A DNA stretch of 64,000 nucleotides. Source: Candidatus Omnitrophota bacterium. GTDB lineage: Bacteria; Omnitrophota; Gorgyraeia; Zapsychrales; Zapsychraceae. Position numbers and translations under genes: made by a program. Positions 56,429-64,000 of the stretch are shown piece by piece; position 1 is the stretch's first letter, and each line of letters starts with the position of its first letter. The stretch lies in contig DATDQB010000010.1 of assembly GCA_035292445.1 (NCBI GenBank), positions 67,563 through 131,562 of the forward strand, in the 5' to 3' direction. The notes below the pieces were generated by a model that saw nothing but the letters and a program-made list of their open reading frames with translations, searched no databases and had not been told where the DNA came from.

Positions 56429-58423
56429 TTAAATGACGTACCGCATCGCCTCAAGGACGACCGCATAATCATCAAGGCGTTTTGTTTGAATTTTATTTTT
56501 GGCCACATCGAATACGGCCGAAGCGATCTCTTTGATGTCCGAGGTGACGATATAGCCTTTTTGATCAAGATTCTTGATGAATTTATGGTGTTTATCGGAA
56601 GAGGAAAGCGCCTTGGCCTTTGCTTCGGGATAAAAGACAATTGTATTCTTACCGGAAGAGGCCGCTTCCGAGATCATGGAAATGCTGTCCCCGGAAACGA
56701 CATTAATGTCCGACAGCCCCAAGATCCCACCCACCGCCTCAGGGACATTCTCCTGGTTGGCAATGACCAAAAGCGGGCAGCGCGCATCCTTCTTTAATTC
56801 CCGGTACAATAATTGTTCGATGGAAGGCGGCGTGCGCCTTGAGCTGGTGCAAAGGATCTCGGCGTTAATTTCCGCGCAAGCCTCTTTCAACTGATGGACC
56901 AGCATCTTGATCTGCACCTCGCTTAAATAGACATTCTTGGCATCGCCGCCTATGAAGACGCCGATCTTCGTCCTTACCTTGCCCTGTAAATGCGTGAAAT
57001 GTTTAAGAAGCCTCTCCTTTTGCTCTTCCAAATATTCATCAGTAATCAAATTGGCAGCGGCATGGGTGATACAAAATGGCAGCTGGTCTTCGTGCGAAAA
57101 AATGTCACGGTATTTCTGCGGCGCGTCGTGTTGCGGCAGCACAACCATATCAAACGCCGCATACCGGAATAAACCCGGCTTTAAAATACAAATGCTTTTG
57201 GCGTTATGTTCTTTGGATAGAATTTTATTCAACCCAGCCAACGATGAGCCGCAGGAGATCATAAAATCCGCCCTTAAAGAATTGACCTCTTTCAGCGATT
57301 GCGGCGTCAAGAACCACCTCAAAAATCCTATTTTACCTTGTCGTATAAATGGATAAATCAAGACACTAATCATCGAAAATAATTTCTGATAAAACAAGGA
57401 CTTGAACCGGACATTGATCGTCATCTCATTGGAGTGGATCCGCCGTTCGCTCAAAGCGACCTGTGCCGTTCTGGCGACCGCCTGGGATTGCCGCAGATGG
57501 CCCGTGATATTATCCGCCAGGATCGCCACATTGGCTTCATTGGAATATTTCCAAATCTTATAAAACCACATGTATTCCGCCGGGTATTGACGGATATAAT
57601 CCTCCATCCGAAGGGCGACCGCCTTCAAGTTCGCCTCCGCGTCCTTTTCCATATCATCGGTCTTTGAAAGCTCAAAGGGTTTATGAAACACCATGCGGTG
57701 TTTGTATCCCTTTTGCCTGATAATGATGGAAAAACAAATCGGCACCCCGTACTTTAAGCCTATACGCATCGCTCCGCTGGACATCGAGGCTTTGCGCCCA
57801 AAAAAGGGAACCAAAATGCCGTCGCGCCCCCCCTGATCCACGACCATACCGATGATCTCGTTATTTTTAAGGCTTTTAAGAAAGTCCCGTGTGCCCATGC
57901 CCCGCGAAAGGACGACCTGGCCGCCGCAGGTGCGGTAGGAATTCAAAAGCTCATCCAAACGCGAATGTTTTTTTTGTTGCTTAACGATCACTTTATAGGG
58001 ACGGCCCAACATCCCGCAAGAAAAACTGGCGATCTCCCAACTGCCAAAATGCATGGCCAACAGGATGACGCCGCGACCCAGCTTCAAGGCCTCTTCGATA
58101 TGCTCTTGTCCCTGAATATCAACGACGTCTTTGAATTTCTTTAAATTACCGATGGAAGGGATGCGGAACAATTCGATAAGATTCTGTCCGTAGCTTTTAA
58201 AACAACCTTTAGTGATGTTTTTGATCTCTTCGGGTGATTTTGAATCGGCAAAGGCGATCTTGAGATTGGCGTACACCTGGCCACGGCGTTTGGCATCAAA
58301 GAGATAGGCCATCAGCCCGATCAGCCGCCCGATGGCCAAAGCCGCGGAGACTGGAAGACAGCGCAGGAACAGGCCGAATAACCGGACACTATAATAAATG
58401 ATAAATTCTTTCAAGTAATGCAT
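56429..58423 (-). CDS. lipid A biosynthesis (Kdo)2-lipid IVA acyltransferase (LpxL/HtrB-like) fused to an ELM1/DUF1022-like domain
   Basis: 664 aa. N-terminal ~300 aa is LpxL-like (TM anchor, HFGSWE catalytic HxxxxE/D motif). The C-terminal ~350 aa is an ELM1-like (GT-B-like) domain commonly found near LPS core genes. Confidence 0.7.
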   Translation of the reverse strand: MHYLKEFIIYYSVRLFGLFLRCLPVSAALAIGRLIGLMAYLFDAKRRGQVYANLKIAFADSKSPEEIKNITKGCFKSYGQNLIELFRIPSIGNLKKFKDVVDIQGQEHIEEALKLGRGVILLAMHFGSWEIASFSCGMLGRPYKVIVKQQKKHSRLDELLNSYRTCGGQVVLSRGMGTRDFLKSLKNNEIIGMVVDQGGRDGILVPFFGRKASMSSGAMRIGLKYGVPICFSIIIRQKGYKHRMVFHKPFELSKTDDMEKDAEANLKAVALRMEDYIRQYPAEYMWFYKIWKYSNEANVAILADNITGHLRQSQAVARTAQVALSERRIHSNEMTINVRFKSLFYQKLFSMISVLIYPFIRQGKIGFLRWFLTPQSLKEVNSLRADFMISCGSSLAGLNKILSKEHNAKSICILKPGLFRYAAFDMVVLPQHDAPQKYRDIFSHEDQLPFCITHAAANLITDEYLEEQKERLLKHFTHLQGKVRTKIGVFIGGDAKNVYLSEVQIKMLVHQLKEACAEINAEILCTSSRRTPPSIEQLLYRELKKDARCPLLVIANQENVPEAVGGILGLSDINVVSGDSISMISEAASSGKNTIVFYPEAKAKALSSSDKHHKFIKNLDQKGYIVTSDIKEIASAVFDVAKNKIQTKRLDDYAVVLEAMRYVI

Positions 58424-59435
58424 CTTCGTTACTTTCTAAGGCAAACGTTACTCTAAGGGATAAAATCTGCAGATCTGATGAAAATGATCCTAAAACATTC
58501 TCCAGTTTCATGCGGTCTTTTTCCGTCGTCACGACCGTCTGGATCCTGTTGACCTCACACAGCCTGTTAATGGCCTGAATGTCCTGCGCAGCGTACACAT
58601 GGTGATCCATAAAGGGGAGGTTCATGACCACCTTTGCTCCCAGCGAACGCAACGTATTTTCGAACGAGGCAGGATTGCCGATGCTGCAGAACGAACAAAT
58701 GGTTTTGTTCTTAAGCGCATCTATCGGCCGCGTTTGATTATTTCTTAGATCCAGGCAATCCAGCGGCTGGTGTCTGGCAAAAAGGATCAAGGTTTTGGGG
58801 TTCACGTGCCGTACGCTCTCTTCGATCGATGCCGCAACCGCCTTTCCTTGATCAGCCCTGGTCAAAATAATAACCTGGGCGCGGCCAAGCGCCGCTACGG
58901 CTTCACGTAAGAACCCCCGCGGCAACAGATGCCCTCCTGCCCAGGGGTTGGTGGTATCAATAGCCACAATATCCAGATCGCGCTTTAAACGTAAATGCTG
59001 GAACCCGTCATCCAGCAAGAACACATCGCAGGAATCGCGTTTCAAGAATTCCTGCGCGACGCCGGCGCGGTCAGCCCCGACCAAGACCGGGATCCCGAGC
59101 TGTTCCTGAAGCCATCGGGCTTCATCGCTGGTGGCCCCCTTTTGATCCATGTAACCGCGCGTTAAGATAACCGCCCTTTTCCCTTTTGCCTTGATCTTTG
59201 AGGCCAAATACGCAACGAGCGGCGTTTTGCCAACGCCTCCGGTTGTGATATTACCCACACTGATCACCGGTTTCGGTAATTTAAATGACCTGATAATGCC
59301 GGCCTTATATAAAAATACCCGGACAGAAACCACAACGGCGTACAAAAGCGACAGCAAGAGCAATAATGCCTTTATAATCTCGGCAACAAACCCTCTTTTC
59401 CGGCCTATGGCTATCTCGTAGAGAAATTCTTTCAT
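58389..59435 (-). CDS. lpxK: tetraacyldisaccharide 4'-kinase
   Basis: 348 aa. N-terminal TM segment and P-loop GNITTGGVGKTP. Confidence 0.9.
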   Translation of the reverse strand: MKEFLYEIAIGRKRGFVAEIIKALLLLLSLLYAVVVSVRVFLYKAGIIRSFKLPKPVISVGNITTGGVGKTPLVAYLASKIKAKGKRAVILTRGYMDQKGATSDEARWLQEQLGIPVLVGADRAGVAQEFLKRDSCDVFLLDDGFQHLRLKRDLDIVAIDTTNPWAGGHLLPRGFLREAVAALGRAQVIILTRADQGKAVAASIEESVRHVNPKTLILFARHQPLDCLDLRNNQTRPIDALKNKTICSFCSIGNPASFENTLRSLGAKVVMNLPFMDHHVYAAQDIQAINRLCEVNRIQTVVTTEKDRMKLENVLGSFSSDLQILSLRVTFALESNEDALLERIYHLL

Positions 59436-60694
59436 TCCTTAAAAAACGGGCTTACGAGCTCCAGCGTCCGCAAGCCGGCCCCCTGATATTTTTCAACGAC
59501 TTTTTTGGCATTGGCGCCGATGTTCTGGCGTTTATTCTGGTCCTCTAATAACTCTCTCATCTTCCCGTATAATTCATCCGCGCGTTGGATTTGTACGATG
59601 GCCTTCTCGTTCAAGAAGATCCGTACCACATCTTTGAAATTATAGGTCAACGGGCCAATGATCGTCGGCTTGCCGTAAAAGGCCGGCTCGATCATATTTT
59701 GCCCGCCTCCCACTGCCAAAGATTTACCGACAAAAACAACGGTGGCGATACTGTACAAATTCTTAAGAATGCCGATCTGGTCGACCACCACGATTTCCTT
59801 TTCTGAAACGGCCTTGCTATTTAAAGCCGAATACAAAAGCGGCTTAAACCCGTGCGTGGCGACCAATTGGGCGACCTCCTGGGAACGTTCGATATGCCTC
59901 GGGCTAATGATCAACTTCAAAGGGCCGAACTCATTCTGCAATTTCTTAAAAGCGTTGAGGACAATCTCTTCCTCACGGGGGTGCGTACTGCCGGCGATAA
60001 CAATTAGATCGTCTTTTGAGAACCCCAACGCCGTCTTCTCCAAGCGATTGTTACTGAGCAGATTGTCGAATTTGATATTTCCCGTTATATGCACCTTCTC
60101 TTTTGGAGCGCCGATCTCGATCAGGCGCTCGTAATCCAATTCGGATTGAACGCAAAATAGATCCACTTTCGCGAGGATCCTTCGGATAATGTTTTTGATC
60201 CTTTGATATCCCCTGAAAGAACGCTCCGATATACGGCCGTTGACCTGAATGATCGCAACGTTATTTCGATGAAGGGCTCTGTATAAATTCGGCCAGATCT
60301 CCGTTTCGGCCGCGATATACACTTTGGGTCGGATCAGACGGATGAATTTGCCGACCACCCAGCTTAGGTCCATCGGTGCGTACAAAACCACACAATCGCC
60401 GCTCAATCGCTGGTTGGCTAGCGCATAACCTGTTTTGGTAACGCTCGTGCAAACGATCTGATATCGGGGGTAACGCGCCTTAAGCTGTTTGATAAAATCC
60501 GTCATCGCCAAGACTTCCCCAACGCTCACGGCATGAAGCCAAATATTCTTCTTGGACTTTAATCGATCCACCGTTGCCTCAGGGATATTCCCGAAACGCA
60601 TTCCATACCCGCCGTGCAGTTTCCTTCGAACAAACAAAATCGGACAATAAAAAATAAATAGTGCTAAGTATAAAATATCGTAAAGGATGAACAT
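59432..60694 (-). CDS. waaA: 3-deoxy-D-manno-octulosonic acid transferase
   Basis: 420 aa. KdtA N-terminal motif (WLHAVSVGEV) and GT30 architecture. Confidence 0.9.
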   Translation of the reverse strand: MFILYDILYLALFIFYCPILFVRRKLHGGYGMRFGNIPEATVDRLKSKKNIWLHAVSVGEVLAMTDFIKQLKARYPRYQIVCTSVTKTGYALANQRLSGDCVVLYAPMDLSWVVGKFIRLIRPKVYIAAETEIWPNLYRALHRNNVAIIQVNGRISERSFRGYQRIKNIIRRILAKVDLFCVQSELDYERLIEIGAPKEKVHITGNIKFDNLLSNNRLEKTALGFSKDDLIVIAGSTHPREEEIVLNAFKKLQNEFGPLKLIISPRHIERSQEVAQLVATHGFKPLLYSALNSKAVSEKEIVVVDQIGILKNLYSIATVVFVGKSLAVGGGQNMIEPAFYGKPTIIGPLTYNFKDVVRIFLNEKAIVQIQRADELYGKMRELLEDQNKRQNIGANAKKVVEKYQGAGLRTLELVSPFFKE

Positions 60695-60696
60695 GT

Positions 60697-61560
60697 TTAT
60701 TTGGCCCGCGGATGGGCCGCATCATAGACTTTTCTTAGACGTTCCGTTGAAACATGTGTATAGATTTGTGTTGTTGAAAGGCTGACATGGCCCAATAACT
60801 CCTGCACGCTTCTTAGATCCGCCCCCCGGTCCAGCATGTGCGTGGCAAACGAATGGCGCAACACGTGAGGGGAAATGTTCTTGGTGGCGCTGACCTGTTT
60901 GATGTATTTGTCCGTGATGTTAAAAACGCCGCGGCTCGTCAGGCGCGTCCCGTTCTTATTGAGGAATACCGCACGGGCGCTACCCTTTCTTTTATCGAGA
61001 TACGACCGGATGGCATCGGCGGCTTTCCCTCCCATAGGGACCAACCGTTCTTTTTTACCCTTACCTCTTACTTTGGCGATCTGGCCGATCAGATCTACGT
61101 CGTCCACGTCAAGCCCGACCAATTCGCTCACGCGTATCCCCGTGCTGTAGAGCGTCTCCAAAATGGCCCGGTCACGGCGGCCAAAGTCGGTGTCTGTTTT
61201 CGGCGCTTCGATGAGCGCCGTCATCTCCCCTTCCGTCAAAAACTTAGGCAACGTTTTATCCAATTTGGGCGACATGAGCAAAACCGCCGGATTATCTTTA
61301 AGATAACCTTCTTTGTTCAAAAACCTGAAGAAACTGCGCATGGACGAAAGTTTTCTGGCCATGGAACGGGGTTTTAAATTTCTTTCTCTCAGGCTACCCA
61401 GAAACCGGCGCAGATGCAAATACTCCACTTTCTCCAAGGCCAATGGCCCAAGGAAGGTAAAAAATTCCGTTAAATCAAGCTTGTAATTAAGGACCGTGTG
61501 CGGTGAGTAGTTTCTTTCGATTTCCAGATACGAAATAAATTTATCTAGGTATCGGTTCAT
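60697..61560 (-). CDS. xerC: tyrosine recombinase XerC/XerD
   Basis: 287 aa. Core-binding domain plus catalytic R...HxxR...Y (LRHSFATHML, TQIYTHV). Housekeeping topA-xerC context. Confidence 0.85.
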   Translation of the reverse strand: MNRYLDKFISYLEIERNYSPHTVLNYKLDLTEFFTFLGPLALEKVEYLHLRRFLGSLRERNLKPRSMARKLSSMRSFFRFLNKEGYLKDNPAVLLMSPKLDKTLPKFLTEGEMTALIEAPKTDTDFGRRDRAILETLYSTGIRVSELVGLDVDDVDLIGQIAKVRGKGKKERLVPMGGKAADAIRSYLDKRKGSARAVFLNKNGTRLTSRGVFNITDKYIKQVSATKNISPHVLRHSFATHMLDRGADLRSVQELLGHVSLSTTQIYTHVSTERLRKVYDAAHPRAK

Positions 61561-63632
61561 TTATTATGAACGGGGTGGCCTGTCTTTAGATATTTGCAAT
61601 GCGGGTACTTTTGCTCCGGCGTCTTTGCAGGCAAATTTTTCACCCGTTCCCCACCGCAGTCATCGGAAGGTTGGGGAGGCAATTTATTAGTGATATACGT
61701 GCAGTCGGGATATTTGCTGCAACCGTAAAATTTATTTCCCCGCTTGCCGCTGCGCTCGACCAGTTCCCCGCCGCCGACGCATCCGTATTCAGTGCAAGGG
61801 ATGCCCAACGCGTATGGCTCGGAATACTTGCATTCCGGAAATTTCTGGCAGCTTAAGAAGCGCCCGCGCCTTCCCCATTTGACCAGCATGGGGAATCCCC
61901 CCGGGCACATCCGCTCGCTTAAGGTCTGGTGGTCGGATTTCTCAATATTTTCCATGGCGAAATCAAGCTGCTCTTTGAAGGTCCCATAAAATTCCTTGAG
62001 CAAGTTAGGATACTCCAACTCGCCTTCTTCGACTAAATCCAGATTCGCCTCCATTTTGGCGGTAAAGCCTTCGTCCATGATGCGGGGGAAATATTGGACC
62101 AGTAGATCGCAAATGGTTATCCCCAGATCCGTTGGCGACAAATACCCGCGGTCACGATGGACATAATTACGCAGCACCAGCGTCTGGATGATCGAGGCAT
62201 ACGTGCTGGGCCGGCCGATCCCGTCTTCCTCCAAGGCCTTGACCAAACTGGCATCGGAAAACCTGGGCGGCGGTTTCGTAAAATGCTGCGTAGGACGGAT
62301 TTCTTTAACGCTCAACTCATCGTCTTTCTGGTAATGGCTAAGATCGATTTGCTTCTCTTCTTCTTTATCTTCCATCTCCAAACGTAAAAATCCGTCAAAC
62401 TTAAGGGTGGAGCCGTTCGCTCCCAATTGGAACCGACCCGCTTTGATCTCTATCTTTTTATACTCATATACGGCCGGGACCATTTGAGAGCTAACAAAGC
62501 GGTTCCAGATAACGGTGTAAAGCTTATACTGGTCTTCATCAAAATATTTTTTGATATCCTGAGGCTTATGGTTCACATCGCTGGGGCGGATGGCCTCGTG
62601 TGCCTCTTGGGCGCTCTTTTTAGATTTGTATTTGTTGGGCTCATCCGGCAAAAACTCTTTACCGTATTGGGATTTGATGAAGGCGCGCACCTTCTCAATG
62701 GCCGTTTTCGAAACATTGACGGAATCGGTCCTCATGTAGGTAATTAAACCGGTCGTTTCGCCGTCTCCCAGCTCGAGACCTTCATAGAGTTGCTGGGCGA
62801 TCATCATTGTTTTATTGGCATTAAAGCGCAGTTTATTAAAAGCTTCCTGCTGCAGGGTGCTGGTAATCAAAGGCGGGGATGGGTTGCGCCGGACCTCCTT
62901 TTCGTTGATGTCGTTAACGATGAACTTTTCTTTTTTAAGTTCATCGACGATCCTTTTAGCCTGATCCTGCGAATCCAGATCAAAAGATTTACCATCTATT
63001 TTCTCAAGGGAAGCCTGCAAAGTATCCGGATAGCCTTTTTTCAACAAATCCGCCGTAACCTGCCAATATTCATCGGGGACAAATTTTTCGATGCCGCGAT
63101 CGCGATCGACAATCAATTTTAAGGCGACCGATTGGACCCGCCCGGCGCTCAATCGTGAGCCGACCTTCTTCCATAAAAGCGGGCTGATCTGATACCCGAC
63201 AATGCGGTCCAGAATGCGCCGTCCGACCTGGGCCTCCACTTTCTTCTTATCAAATTGGCGCGGATGGGCGAATGCTTCCTTAACGGCTTCTTTCGTGATT
63301 TCCTGAAACGTAACGCGATAGACCTTCTTGCCTTCGCCGATATGCTGAATGATGTTCCACCCGATCGCCTCCCCTTCCCGGTCGGGGTCGGTGGCCACAT
63401 AAATCTCTTTGGCGCCCTCTACCATTTTTTTAAGTTTGGTCAGCTGCTTGGCCTTGCTGCGCACCACAATAAATTTCGGCTCGAAATTATTATCGACATC
63501 GACGCCCAAAGTAGATTTGGGCAGATCGATCAAATGCCCCATGGAAGCAACCACTTTGAACTTATCTCCCAGGATCTTATTAATGGTCTTCTCTTTGGTT
63601 GGAGACTCAACGATGACGATCGCCTTTGTCAT
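61557..63632 (-). CDS. topA: DNA topoisomerase I
   Basis: 691 aa. TOPRIM N-terminus (AIVIVESPTK), catalytic Tyr region and C-terminal Cys4 zinc ribbons. Confidence 0.95.
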   Translation of the reverse strand: MTKAIVIVESPTKEKTINKILGDKFKVVASMGHLIDLPKSTLGVDVDNNFEPKFIVVRSKAKQLTKLKKMVEGAKEIYVATDPDREGEAIGWNIIQHIGEGKKVYRVTFQEITKEAVKEAFAHPRQFDKKKVEAQVGRRILDRIVGYQISPLLWKKVGSRLSAGRVQSVALKLIVDRDRGIEKFVPDEYWQVTADLLKKGYPDTLQASLEKIDGKSFDLDSQDQAKRIVDELKKEKFIVNDINEKEVRRNPSPPLITSTLQQEAFNKLRFNANKTMMIAQQLYEGLELGDGETTGLITYMRTDSVNVSKTAIEKVRAFIKSQYGKEFLPDEPNKYKSKKSAQEAHEAIRPSDVNHKPQDIKKYFDEDQYKLYTVIWNRFVSSQMVPAVYEYKKIEIKAGRFQLGANGSTLKFDGFLRLEMEDKEEEKQIDLSHYQKDDELSVKEIRPTQHFTKPPPRFSDASLVKALEEDGIGRPSTYASIIQTLVLRNYVHRDRGYLSPTDLGITICDLLVQYFPRIMDEGFTAKMEANLDLVEEGELEYPNLLKEFYGTFKEQLDFAMENIEKSDHQTLSERMCPGGFPMLVKWGRRGRFLSCQKFPECKYSEPYALGIPCTEYGCVGGGELVERSGKRGNKFYGCSKYPDCTYITNKLPPQPSDDCGGERVKNLPAKTPEQKYPHCKYLKTGHPVHNK

Positions 63633-63642
63633 GACTGCATCC

Positions 63643-64000
63643 TCACTCTCGAATAAAATATTTTCCGGGAAGTTGTTTAACCAATTGTTTCAACTCAAGC
63701 GCCAGTAACGTGCTTAATACCTGCGAGGCCTTAAACCCCGTTGTGTGCACCAACTCATCCAAATGGATCGTTTTCTCGTGAAGCGCCTGATAAACAACGG
63801 ACTCATCGCTGGATAAGGACGCCTGCTCAAATCTTTTGATCCGGTTATTGAACGTCTGATCAAAATCTTCCAATATGTCTTCGACGCCGGTGATCAACTT
63901 CGCCCCTTGTTTAATTAACTCGTGGACGCCGTAAGAACCGGCCTGATCGACCGGCCCCGGAAGCGCATATACTTCTTTCCCCTGCTCAAGGGCGAAATCG
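63643..64000 (-). CDS. dprA: DNA processing protein DprA (C-terminal part; gene continues beyond window end)
   Basis: The open frame runs to the window edge. ...LEQGKEVYALPGPVDQAGSYGVHELIKQGAKLITGVEDIL then a winged-helix C-terminus. Conserved dprA-topA order. Confidence 0.8.
   Translation of the reverse strand, partial: DFALEQGKEVYALPGPVDQAGSYGVHELIKQGAKLITGVEDILEDFDQTFNNRIKRFEQASLSSDESVVYQALHEKTIHLDELVHTTGFKASQVLSTLLALELKQLVKQLPGKYFIRE

Noticed and set aside
60697-61560. Tyrosine recombinase considered as a mobile-element integrase
   Set aside because: The XerC/XerD-type sequence sits in the housekeeping topA-xerC context. There are no flanking att repeats, phage or transposon genes, or compositional shift. 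It is most likely the chromosome dimer resolvase.

Overview
This is a bacterial chromosomal segment, mid-GC by eye (roughly 50-55%), with extreme coding-strand bias. All 64 protein-coding genes I can support lie on the minus strand, and so does one tRNA. None of the long plus-strand ORFs looks real.

The gene content is mostly housekeeping:
- Start of the window: murA-trpG-trpD-trpC-trpF, and upstream of it polA-glgA-coaE-rho-rpmE-prfA-prmC.
- 13-20 kb: a TPR protein, folD with a cyclodeaminase partner, yraN-rnhB-rplS-trmD-tgt.
- 21-30 kb: queA-spoIID-ruvB-scpA-trpS-infB-nusA-rimP.
- 30-44 kb: proS-(orphan CpaF-like ATPase)-rseP-dxr-cdsA-uppS, then purA, serA plus an aminotransferase, clpP, tig.
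- 44-61 kb: a large LPS block: lptB, an lptC/A-like gene, kdsC-kdsD-kdsA-kdsB, the hldE kinase domain, four GT9 heptosyltransferase domains, two GT4 glycosyltransferases, an LpxL-ELM1 fusion, lpxK, waaA.
- End of the window: xerC, topA and a partial dprA.

The organism is a Gram-negative with LPS. Several proteins look reduced or diverged: ProS has no editing domain, trigger factor has no PPIase domain, and Rho has a KE-rich N-terminal extension. I could not assign a lineage.

The most unusual locus is at about 20.5-21.5 kb, where the conserved queA/tgt pair is split by three things:
- a low-GC gene for a standalone UvrC-like GIY-YIG nuclease;
- a class-I tRNA with tRNA-Arg(UCU)-type identity features but a GCU (Ser AGY-reading) anticodon;
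- degenerate, inverted partial copies of that tRNA, together with paired hairpins, terminators and a promoter-like element.

Other points worth a look:
- a probable structured RNA in the 280-nt tail between trpF and its terminator;
- GC-rich palindromes of a GTAGGG...CCCTAC family, one of which forms a terminator-like hairpin inside the trp operon;
- the orphan CpaF-type ATPase;
- fused LPS enzymes (GT4-GT9 and LpxL-ELM1).

All calls are from reading the sequence and ORF translations. No database search was run.
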